From Oopsacas minuta (Eukaryota > Animalia > Porifera), in contig JAKMXF010000321.1 in NCBI GenBank assembly GCA_024704765.1, positions 1,116,001 to 1,180,000 on the forward strand: a stretch of DNA of 64,000 bases, read 5' to 3'. Under the pieces are notes generated by a model. The model had not been told where the DNA came from, did no database searches, and was given only the letters and a program-made list of their open reading frames with translations. Position numbers and translations under genes: made by a program. This document shows positions 51,901 through 64,000 of this stretch, in pieces (the first letter of the stretch is position 1; the number at the start of each line of letters is the position of its first letter).

Positions 51901-54900
51901 CTGCAGCTTATGGCGGCCATGCTAAAGTTGTAGAGTACTTGCTTAAAGAAGTAGGAATGGATGTTAATCAGAAGAATAATGCCAACAGAACACCTCTCTA
52001 CCAAAGCATAACTCAAGGTCACAACTCAGTTGCAAAGACTTTATTACATCATGGAGCTGACCCTAATGTATTGTTGGGAAAAGATAGCGAAACACTTTTA
52101 CACGTAGCTATTAGAGAGGGTAGAAAGGATATCGTCAGGATGTTGCTTGATGCCAAAGCTAAACCTGACGAGCCTCTTAAGAATGGTGTGACACCTCTCA
52201 TGCTAGCTGCAGAGAGGGACTTTGCTGACTACATACCTCTTATCATGGCTCATGGAATAACACTTGCGAAGAAGGATGGAGAAGGGAATACCGTACTTCA
52301 TCATATTGCAAAGCATAATTCTTGCGCTTCTGCTAGGTATATATTGAGGAGGATAGGTTTGATGAAAGGAATATCTCAAGAATTTCAATTGTACAAAAAT
52401 GGCAACAATACCAAGCAAACGCCATACGATGTAGCATTAGAATCTAGGAATGAACCTGTATTGAAGATATTCATTGGTTATGCACCGAAAGATTATTTTC
52501 GAAATAATCCTAAACAGATTCACAATTATTTTGACTCTAAACTATACGATACACTTAAGGAGGTGATAAACAGATCAGTAACCGTGAATGAAAATAAAGG
52601 TAAGTTATTGATTAGATTATTTGATTTATGGCTGAGGTTGAGAATCGTATACTCAATCGGCAATCGCGTATTAGCAAGGCTATACTTATTATATCGTGAA
52701 ATTGCGTACACAAACATAACGGTTTGAACTGTAAATCCCAGGCACAAAGTGCGGTGTATACTGCCGTCTGCAGCGACAACCAAGTGAAAACAAATGGAAC
52801 GGTGAATATTTATTCGTTTTAGTCATGAATACACAATATACGTGTTCATTATGTGCATTTTTCGCTGTAAATTGATTATTTTAGCCATTTGCTTACACAA
52901 GGAAGAAGACAATTACCTATTTCTTTACAATACATACGTTCGAGGACTAAAATCTAATAATTTAATTAACCTGGTGCATGGCCTACTAAAAGACGGCTAT
53001 ACATGCTGCCGAATTATAGTAAAAATAAGAGTCCAGTAGTATAATTCTCATAAGAGAAAAATTAGGCCTCCAGTGTTTGCAATTAAGACTACTTAAAAAG
53101 TAAAAACGGCTACCCTCCATCAAGTTTATGCGCAATTATGCATTGACGTCATCATTTATACATCTTGAATACTTTTTTTAACAGAAAAAATAAGATTCCA
53201 AATTGATGCTGAAAATTGGATATATTTTTTATACTTCACAATCAAGAGAAATATATGTAGAACGATAAAAAAATTGCTCTTTAGTATTATTATTAAGATA
53301 TCTCGATTAATTGGGAACTCCGCTTAATAGGGACAAAAGGACTTGAACTGATGTGTCCGATTAAGCGGAGTTGACTGTAATTCACAAATAGATTGTTGAT
53401 AAATCTATAATGTTAAGTCCAAGGTATATATTGTGATTCTTTCAGTCGCAGAGTCCCCTAAAGTTAATTAACCACTTTATGGTTGAGCCAAACCCATCCA
53501 ATGTACAAACTCTACAAATTTCGGATCGTTTAGTGCCATCCGTGTATCATGTTGATAACAATGACTGGTAAATAGAATTTGATTTGGCCAAATTCATCCC
53601 AAATTTAGTCTATATCTATCCTAATTTTGTACATGTACGTAACGTATTGGAATTTCCTAACTCAAGAGAAATTTCTTCTTGATTGAGTTACTAATTTCCA
53701 CTCGATTACCAGAGTTGGTCCCGATTAACAGAAAATATTCAGTATTAACTTTAATGGAGATGATTCTGTTCCTGTAGATTTGTACCAATTATGCGGATTT
53801 CGCGATTAACCGGTCTCCCAATTAAGCGGAGTTGACTGTAATCGAAAAAATATATGAAAATGGTGTAAAAAATTGATTTTACAGCTAATTTGATGAATAT
53901 TTATGCAGTATGGATGAATAGGAGATTTTCCTAGGAAAGATGAAATTTACAAAATTCCAAAATTCAATTTTAGATTAGTAAATTTTTACATTATGATGTC
54001 ATGATTTGAATGAGCCTAAACGAGATAAAGGATGTCCGTTTGCACTTTTTAAGAGTCTTGATTGATTCCTTGAATTTTGGGAGAAATTGAACGCCCAAAA
54101 TTGTTCAATTCGCAAGTATCGGAGGCCTAATTTTCTTTATGAGAATTATAAAACTTGACTCTTACTTTTTGCTATGATTCGATAGCATCTATAGGTGTAT
54201 TTTAGTAGCCCATTCCCGGTGTCAATTTTACCCGATTTCAAATGTAACTTAAGTCTGAAACAGCTAAATTTCTTAGTGCTCTTGGTGGCTACGCGATCGA
54301 GCGACAGGGTGTTACTCATCACTACATTCCTCGAAAAAATAATGACCAGCAGACAGACTGGTAGTGCAGCTCAGGGTTATGTGTTTTTGTTCTTTTCAGG
54401 GAGTGCACCCCATGACCCTCCCGTCTACATGGCGCATTTCACCAGATCCCGACTGATTTTGGGCTCCTAGATCAGGAAATTTCAGGATATTCAATATTAT
54501 TTATCCAAATCTTATGGATAAAATTCTAAAATATTTTCCTTCAATTAGCCCCTGTCTCACAGTCTGGTAAAATTGCGATTATGGTGTAATATGTACTTAC
54601 ACTGAAGATATATGTTAAAATGTTGTCATATATAATAAATCGACTCTGTAGATTTCAAAAATGGCAACAGATTTTAGTTACACTTCTGGAAATGGGACTA
54701 TAACGTAATCTGTGGTATTTTGATTTAATTCATAATTATGGTTCAAGATAAATATAAATGTGTTCTAAATTTTTGAGTGTTATATATCAGCCAGCCCTAT
54801 TTATTAATAAACTTGAATAACAATTCGTATACTGCATTCCATTCTGCATTGGATACTTCATAAAATGATACTAGTGAATTAGAATACAGTAATTATAAAA

Positions 54901-57900
54901 TATTATAACGAAAATTGGAAATTTCTAAAATACATTTCATCCGACTCGGTGTGCCCCATACACTTAATGTCAAGAAAATTATAAGTGGGCGCCTTTGGGC
55001 GGGTCTAGAAATTATTGAAAATGAAATTTAGAAAGATATACTATGCGAAATTATCGACTATTCAACTCGCAATTATTTGCATTGTAAGATCGGGGACCTA
55101 AATTGTAGGTCAACGAGCTGAAATATGCATAATAATAGACGGATAAAAATGCTTGAGAATGAATAAATAAAAATATAATTTGTTTTGCAAAACGAGTAAA
55201 ATTAATCACATAATACATACGAATACTGATAAATACCATTGAATAACGAAAATCCAGGAATGCTGTAATATCGCAAGGATATTTGAAGAATAAATATTTG
55301 TGGTTTTCAGGTATTTCAAATTTCACGTTTTAGCCTAAGTTTTATACTTTGGTCAGACACGCTATAAGTTCATTAAGTAACTAATAATAGCATTTTTCTA
55401 GGTTGAAATAGTGTAGAATCGAATTCACACATTAATTTTGATAAATAGCGCAGTCAAATTTGCACCTATTACCGCATAATTCTACACTATGTGTCTGACT
55501 TTTGGAACCAGACATTTGGCATCAATTTGAAATATGTGCAAAAGGTGTAAAAATATGATTTATCGTGTGATAAATCATGTAGATATAGATTTGAAAGCGC
55601 GAAATTTGGAGTCTACATACTCGATTACCCCTCACTTGCAGTTAAAAGGAAATCTCTAGCATCATTTGAATTTTACATTTTTTCCAATTTATCTCGTGAA
55701 TTGGACTTCTAGATTTCGCACAACCTCGCGGACGGAATTACGCAAGTCGCACATCGTCCATGCCATTATGGCATCTCCCTATAGAAGCTGTACTAAAAAT
55801 AGCTGAAATTGTATGAATTTATTGTCCATGGACCATTATCCATCCGAATTACTCTTATGGCTTCCTATGTTGACCCTGGAGCTTCTAACATAGCTTTATC
55901 TCCAGTATCATCACAGAAGCCCATTGAATGTAATTTGGATGGACCATGGATAATAAAATATTAGTCTTTTCACTATTCTGTGAATTCGAGGCACTTAGAT
56001 CCGAGTATATTATTTCGCGTAGCGATCAATAACACTATAAAATTGCAGTAGTCACCATCTAACACAGTAATGATTCGCAAATGCTTTGGGTTGCTCAGCA
56101 TTCAGTCCCTTCTAAATGATAACATTTCCAGTTGTAGTAAACCGACTATTCATCTCTTCCAGTATAGTATCAATAAACTGGTAGAAATACCTAGAAATAG
56201 TTATGGTTTCGCTTGGCATTCTATCTTCCAAGATCGTTGCCTCAGTTACAGACATTTTGGGGGTTTCTAGGACGAGGTTTTTCATCAACATGGGAGGTTT
56301 GCTTTCGAAGCTCGACAATTTCAATCCAAAGGAAATGGTAATCTTGCAGGGTCTTCAGTGCCACGTACTAACAGAATGACAGAAGCCTCAGAGTTTCAGC
56401 CGTTAAGGATTTTGATAAAATATGAGCTCAAAGAATCTTGATCCGAATTTTTTGCAGCTATCTACCAAAAGTAAATTTATGTGGAAAGCAGAGTATCTGA
56501 CGTTAGAAATTCTTCAGTAACTCCACTAGTTTCGCTATCTTCAAGCCAATATCGAACACAAATGCTTAGTTGTTTATGTTTGATGGGTATCTTGTCTCAT
56601 CAACAATTTGGGACCAATACTTGACCAGAGTTATTTCAACTTAATTTGTATCTGTACTAACATGACCATAACGTTCAAGATTTCGTTCTGAATTCGAGGT
56701 GATGGTTTTGAGAGTTTTCGCTGGACGTGACTTCCTCAAATTCTCTTGGATTCAACAAGATCCAAGAGCGAGAGAAGTTTCCCTTGTTTTCTGAAGTCTC
56801 TGACACGTCATTCCCTATTTATGAAATTCGCTGGACTGCATCCCATCTCAAAATAACAATTGCCACATTGAACCAATCCCTGTTTGTAGCAACCAACTGT
56901 CTTCTTCCAGTATCAAGTTGAGCCTATATGTCTTTTTCAATCGTTTCAAAAAATCATTCCATCTAGCAAGTGTAAACGTTGTAAACGTTTCTTACTCAAT
57001 AGAGATAAGTAAGATAACTCATTATGTATTTCAGTTTCAAGTATGCTCAGTAGCGGATTAACCATGGTGCCAAAAGAGTCTTGGCACCCAGCCTCGACTT
57101 TTAACCGGCCTCGCGGTCTTAGCATATATGGATGAAATTTTCCTGTTTGTTAATAGGACATTCTTATTTAGATTTCGGATTTACCTCAAAAATTATAAAT
57201 TTCTTAATTTTCTATGCCTAGAGACCCTAGTCTATATGTATATACATAGCCTACTAAATATAAGGCCTAACAGTAAAAGTACCAGGGATGAAGTATTAGC
57301 TGAAAGCATTTATCTACACGGTTCCTTTATTGCAGAAAAATGCATTTTTGGCTGAATAAATGTATTACATTTTTGTAGAACATCAAACTTTACACAAATA
57401 AATGGTAAAAACTTTTAGGAATGTGTAAAAATATGTCTCTAGCAAGTATTTATTTAGCAAAATATTTTATTCTTTGATGCCTTGTAGAACGTTAAATATT
57501 GCATTTATCAACTCAAAGTGAATAAATGAAATGATCTATAGATCCTTTTATACAAAATGTCAAAAATTTGTCATTCAAAAGTTGGCTCGTTGTTGAGTTA
57601 AGGTAGAGACCATGGATGACAAGTTTTTATGAATATTCAATTATAACTCGAGAATCATTAAAATTATCGTAAAATCAGGATAGGCAATTTATACTATTTA
57701 CCCAACTTCCCATACCTTTGCAATACATTTTGATATGAAATAATTGAAGAGTATTGCAGAATATTGAAAATGACCATATATGGGCATCGTCACATTGGTG
57801 AGAGATATCATATCAAAATGTATTGCAAAGGTATGGGAAGTTGGGTAAATAGTATAAATTGCCTATCCTGATTTTACGATAATTTTAATGATTCTCGAGT

Positions 57901-60900
57901 TATAATTGAATATTCATAAAAACTTGTCATCCATGGTCTCTACCTTAACTCAACAACGAGCCAACTTTTGAATGACAAATTTTTGACATTTTGTATAAAA
58001 GGATCTATAGATCATTTCATTTATTCACTTTGAGTTGATAAATGCAATATTTAACGTTCTACAAGGCATCAAAGAATAAAATATTTTGCTAAATAAATAC
58101 TTGCTAGAGACATATTTTTACACATTCCTAAAAGTTTTTACCATTTATTTGTGTAAAGTTTGATGTTCTACAAAAATGTAATACATTTATTCAGCCAAAA
58201 ATGCATTTTTCTGCAATAAAGGAACCGTGTAGATAAATGCTTTCAGCTAATACTTCATCCCTGGTACTTTTACTGTTAGGCCTTATATTTAGTAGGCTAT
58301 GGTATATACTATACATATATATATTATACTTAGTTTATTAATTGGACAGTTATCTTACTTTCTTCTCATATCCTAAGACATTTAGCATCAGTGGCGTAGC
58401 ACTGCTTCAAAAAGTGGTCCGGCTAGAAATAGAAACAAACCTTGGATGTATGGTCCAATAAATGTACACTAAAAGCATTGAGAAGTAATTAATGAAAATA
58501 TAAAGTAGTCTCATAGTAGAAACACTAGATTACATGTCCTGTTTTGAAAACGTACCAAAAACCGTCATTCGGTATTCAGTGCTCGAAATTGATTGACCAT
58601 AAATGGAAATATATAACGATTAACATCTTAGAAAACTATTTACATACTTTGGATACGATAGTGCGAAGTAATAATTCATCAAAACATGAAAAGTCATGGT
58701 CTGCTAAAAACCGGCCAGTAAATTCTACCCAAAAAGGGTCTGGTTTTGTGCCGGACCTACTCCTATACCTATGAGCATATACATATCAATGCGAAAATTC
58801 AAGGGAGGTGCTGAAAAAGAAAGCTTTCTTTATTAGTGTTAATTTTTCTGAATTATATTTGATTATGATGACTGTTTTTAATGAATGGAGGCTAAAAATA
58901 ACAGCCTCACAATCCTACTGGCCGCCCGGCCTCACAGGCCCTTAATCCGCCCCTGCGTATGCTATAGCGAATTCAAGATTTTAGTGGATAAACTGTGATC
59001 GTCCGAATCAGTTCGTCATAAGATTGTTCCATTGTAAGTAGTTTCTCATCAATTCCCAATCAGAATATTGTACAAAGTCTTGATCGTGAGGGCTAGTCAT
59101 AACGCTTCTACCTTGTGATTTCATTCTCTAAATCAAAATATTGATGTTAAGGGATGAAAAATACTTAAATTTTCAATGTCCCCAACTATAATTTTCCCTA
59201 ATCATATACCTAATGACAAATGGAGTGTCCCGGCCTCCTGAATATACCCTATACTAACCTTTACAAAGATATTATAAATTGTACGTAGATTAGCAAACAT
59301 TAGCAATCAGTTATTTGACCTAATTCTATTATTAATTTAGGAGAAGTTTCTGCACAAACTAGTTTCTTCGATTCAAATGACAGTGGACAATACCCAGACG
59401 ATCCTAAATTCAAACCTCTAAAAGAATCATTATTACATAAATTGATAGATTGTCAAGATCAAGAATTGAAGTACCATCCTCTAGTCAGTATAATTGTAGA
59501 CAAGAAGTTACGCTTCTACCGCTGGTGGTATGTAATTTCATTCTTTTTCTACCTTTTTTTCCTTATTTGCCTAGCTTACGCACTAGTTCAAGCTTCTACC
59601 GTGTGTGACTCAAATATTTGGCTTTATCAGAACCCAGCAGACTGGGTTAGGGGAGGTTGCGAAATAATTTGTCTGCTTTATTTTATTTTCTTCTTATTTA
59701 ACGAAGCAGTGGAATTTATTATAGAATGGACACAGATATACGAAGAAAACAAAGATAAATGTGAAGAAAGTCAATTAACTATAAAATATATTAGCGATGC
59801 AACAAGTGGCGGAGACAAAACATGTCTATCTATATTCTTCGTACAATGGAAAAATATCCTTGGTCTCTTTCATAAATTAGATGTAAAGCTGAAATATTTT
59901 TTCAGTGCATTCCCGGAGTATTTTGATGGTGTTTATAACTTTATCGATTGGTTAGGAATTGTTTCTTTCATCGTCTTAATTTTCCTGAGAGCAACTAGCG
60001 TCTATATACAGTGGTCGTTTGCTGGACTCACTTTTATCTTTTTCAGCCTTTCGCTCTTCAAATATACTCGTATATCTCCAGCATTAGGTGCATACGTGAG
60101 TGGCGTATTCAAGATATTTGTAATAGATATTCCTCGTTTCTTCGTAATTATTTTTGTAATCTTGATTGCGTATATCGGTGGTATTCACTTAGCAGCGAGA
60201 CAGCAGCCAACATCCACCCAGAGCATATGTTCGAACCCGCCTTATCAAGTTTGTAACAACACTCAATCTGAATTCTTTTGGTTCAATCGAGAATTGACTT
60301 GCTTGTATGATCTGAGGAGACCTCTGCTGTCTGGAGTGATTTTCATGTTGGATGGCGGCCCAGGAAATCATGTAGAGGACATCTTACAAGATAATTTCTT
60401 TTTTACTATTGTATATTTAGGATTTTCCTTCACAATAATCGTTGTCATGTTGAATATTTTAATTGCACAACTATCTGAAACTTATGGCGAAATTATCAAA
60501 GAAAATACTTATCATTATAAGATTGCCCTGGTTGTTACTTTGGAGCTTAAATCTAATCTTGCTTTTTGGTTTGGCAAACGATTCAGAAAATTCACAGCAA
60601 TTGAATCATTAATTATACCTCTTTCGCGCTGGAACACACTCAAAGATGGTGAGTTTAATTAAATATTGTGTACACAAAATCTATAGAAAGATTGTTATTC
60701 TGTTGTCTTTGCCTTGATATTCGATAAGCGCCATTTAGCTTGTCTATATAATAAATCGTTAGTCCTTTAACATAATAATATGAGTGTGAAGTTAGCGCAG
60801 GATTCTACACACTTTAAATTTTATGCCATTCCAATTTTTTGATTTGGTTAAACGTACAGAACAAATTGAAGACATACGGACGTTTATGAATATCCGAAAT

Positions 60901-62692
60901 AATTACCTTCAAATTTTAGGACAAAATGTTTTGTAGTTTTTTTTCAAAATTGAAATTTCTACTAATTACACATGTTTCAGGACGTTGGACGTTGTTAGTT
61001 ACGACAAAATTTTGTGCATTTATGTTAACATTCTTGTGAGGCATAGTTTTTCAACTAATTTTGAGTTGCGATCTGATTCTATACTATCTTTCATTTACAT
61101 TTATACTAAATTGCTTACTAGCCCTTGCTAGCTAGTTGCACGACAGCTTAGTGCCTCAGGTTAGCTGAAGTAGAAATAAATTAAATAGATAAATTTCTTG
61201 ATGGTTTAGGTCGCGCGCGACCAGATACTATACTCGGCACTACTTGCCTCGAGGATAATTTTTCCGGAATTTTTTGTTATATTCACCATGGTCCATCCAA
61301 ATTGCATTCAATGGCCTTCTGTGATGACCACTGGAGATACTGTCGCTTTTGGTTAGTAATCTCGGCACTTCGTGCCTCGGGTATTAAGGAATTCTTAAAT
61401 TTGAAAATTTGGATTTTTTGGTACAGTCATGATGACATAATATTCCCATGAAGAGTTAGCTTTTGGTAAGAATCATGACGTCTCAAAAATTGTCCCATTA
61501 TGTGGTACCTGTGATTCATATTTCAAACTTCTCTCATGTATATTGGCTGAGCCGTGGTTAATAATGTGATTGTTCGAAATCCAAAAAGGTGACAATGACA
61601 TCATAATTTCGTTGTGTGAGTTTTCGTCCAAGACTCGAACATGTCCGAACCAGGCCCAAAATACCCCTGTATGCCAAAACTCAACTTTGGGGTCCTCTAG
61701 TTTCTTCAATCAATTCTGGACAGACAAACATATATACAGGCAGCCCTCGGATTTCGTGGGAGTTAGGTTCCTGAGAATTGTCTCGAATGGCAGAATTACG
61801 AACGGCAAGACGTTAGTTCATGAGGATAGTGTAGTTATGTTCCTAGTTTACAAAATGACCACCAATATGTGATTCTATGTATGATCGGCCTGTATACACA
61901 TATATAAATTCATTGCGTGTTAATCATATAGATTAGTGAACGACCGAAATTTATTTATATTTTAACAATTCTCAGACAGTAACCAATGAAAACTTATCAA
62001 GAGTGATAAATATACATTAGATGTACTCATTCTAAATAGTCTTTCGATTGGCAATCCATTGATTTATGTAATTGAAAATAGAATAATTAAGATACAATAA
62101 TTATTACGAGCCGTTTCGCTTGCATATATCTGTTGATCCCTAGTCTCTAGCATTTTACTTAGAAATGTATACGAATATGATTAATCACCTAAAAGGTATG
62201 AAAATATACACATCAGATATAAATCCCAAATTTCGAGTCTTAACCGACTTCGGCCGAAGTGTTTCATTCCTAACGAAAGGAAAACGATAGTTTGCCAGTT
62301 CGTTTTAACCAATTCCGTACCAAAATCCAGATTTCAGCACCTTTTTGACGTCATAAAATGACACATTAACTCAAATATTCGCTATCTCAACTTTGATTTC
62401 CCTGAGCTTCGAGTTACTGGATATTGACAGTATCTATTTGGCTAATTATTACTAATGTAAATATTTCTTAGATAGTCCCAATCGCAATGTGGATCAAGTG
62501 GCATTGGATACAAATAAAGATTTAAACAAATCTACAAAAATGATAGAAATAGAATTCGAAAAAGCTACTAAAACTAATGAAGAGCTCAACCATAAAATCG
62601 ACGAACTTACTGACAACATGTCTGTTATCGATGATAGGTTAGACAGCTTTGAACAGAAAATTAATAAAGTTATTGAGTTATTGAATAAATAG
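48939..62692 (+). CDS. Ankyrin-repeat TRP cation channel; exons 48939-49300, 49747-49950, 51454-52599, 59341-60648, 62472-62692 (about 1080 codons plus an unresolved 5' part)
   Basis: About 13-14 ankyrin repeats, HPLV pre-S1 motif, six TM segments with a pore loop, S6 IIVVMLNILIAQLSETYGEI and a C-terminal coiled coil. Four GT-AG introns, all phase 1, splice in frame to TAG at 62690. Confidence 0.9.
53015..54176. mobile_element. Older relative of family C, with nested Tigger-like MITE ends
   Basis: (C/T)ATAG..AAGAGTC..ATAATTCTCATAA..AATTAGGCCTCC is inverted at both ends and shares GCCTAAACGAGATAAA with family C; no TSD is preserved. Confidence 0.55.
56050..57000 (-). mobile_element. Decayed hAT (ZMYM1-like) transposase in a TRP intron
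   Basis: ENKGNF, DET..KQLSICVRY..EEFL and YFYQFIDTILEEMNSRF. Confidence 0.7.
57245..58301. mobile_element. Foldback element: 494-bp inverted arms (57245-57738 / 57808-58301), 69-bp spacer, 7-bp TSD GTATATA
   Basis: GTATATA|CATAGCCTACT ... AGTAGGCTATG|GTATATA; arms are equal in length with no mismatch found by eye. Confidence 0.95.
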
Positions 62693-64000
62693 ATTTTTCT
62701 ATTATTCAAACAAATTGTAAATCTATGTGTAGATAGAGTATATTATGTATTTCGAGGATTTATAGATAAATTTATATACTTGTGTGTAGATATATATACT
62801 TTGTACGTATATGCATTTAGGCTATAGATTTTCAGGTAGTAGAATTATGTGCATTTATTGAACTTTTCTTATCAATTATTGTATATTTTTGCTACTAAAC
62901 TGTTCGTATTTTGTTCATTTACTAAGGATAGTACTTAAGGTTCCAATCAAATCCAATCGATCATATTTTCGATTACCTATTGCTATATTTTCTTGGGAGT
63001 GGATTCTCGATTAGATTCTTTTTTCATTAATTGGGTTACAATCGATGGAATTTCATTTATTGTTTTTAAAATATTGTCCAACTTAAGCGTACTTGTTACC
63101 CCTCTATACGTATAATCGTATATATAGCAGTTAAGAGCAAGCTTCTACGTATCTTTTGAGATTTGGTTGATTTGTTTTCTTTATATTTATGAAAACAACA
63201 ATAATTTGATAATGTGAAATTCGGTTTGTAACACAGTGCGGCGAAGGTGTAGCTGTTGAGGGCAGATTATACTTATATTTTGAGATTGGACTTATTGATT
63301 TACTTTATATTCAAAAATCAGTGCTTTTTTAGAACAATATATCTTAATCTTTTAGGACAAATTCCAGCTATTGTTGCATTGGTATAATACTGTCTTTGTA
63401 AAGCTTCACTATATCACTTGGCGAACAAAGGGCGGTCTAGACCCTCCGACACCGCTTATGAAATTCAATGCGATCCGACCTGCCTGTCTATCAGTCGGCA
63501 GGTCAATTTAAAGCAAATGTAGATCATTTACGCAGGGATCTTAATAATTATACTTGTAGAAATTAAAATCAATAATGAATACTGGCCATATCACAAGTAC
63601 AATAGGCCTTATCTCGAGGTTAAAATTCTTAAGGTCAAAATGGTCATAGGTCGACATGCCGGTTAATCTGACATCAATGTTGGGTGGCTATACTTTAATT
63701 TCGGCCCAATTTAAAATGATGTAGGAATCTCACATTAGTGTATTAGGGTTCAATAATAATAGAATTATATTACACTAATCGACTTTTTACTCGATCAGCG
63801 CTCACGCATAACCAGCCAGTCCTAACTTTATATGTATGGTGTTACAATTTGTTAATCTAGGCATACTCTATTATCATATCCAGACAGGGGGCATATATAG
63901 TTTGGAGCTCCTCAATGTCTAAAAGATATTCGTTGAAGCAGTACAAAACATGAAACTAGTAGCACCAGCTTCGGTAATATATAAATGATCAGGTATGGAA

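Noticed and set aside
52600-52727. ORF-track C-terminus of the 329-aa ankyrin ORF, and of 59442-60662
   Set aside because: These are read-through into introns past strong GTAAGT/GTGAGT donors.

Overview
AT-rich eukaryotic (animal-like) genomic DNA with GT-AG introns; I found no prokaryotic features, rRNA, tRNA or CRISPR array. The species cannot be determined from sequence alone; a compact non-model invertebrate is an inference. Host genes reconstructed by hand-splicing: a 2-exon ICAP-1/ITGB1BP1-like PTB protein (12302-14416, +), an intronless divergent NF-YB-like protein (18461-19273, -), an intronless NHL-like beta-propeller protein (24438-25376, -), a 3-exon WSCD-type sulfotransferase without WSC domains (29518-37696, +), and a multi-exon ankyrin-repeat TRP channel (at least 48939-62692, +). 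Most of the rest is nested transposon debris: Chapaev3-like, mariner, maT (DD37D), MULE, hAT, CRE-like and CR1-like LINEs, Helitron-like elements and MITEs. The most striking structure is a set of foldback elements with CATA(G) termini and 7-bp target-site duplications, resembling Galileo/P elements. One lies inside a TRP-channel intron and has 494-bp arms with no mismatch visible by eye. All protein identities come from motif recognition, not database searches.
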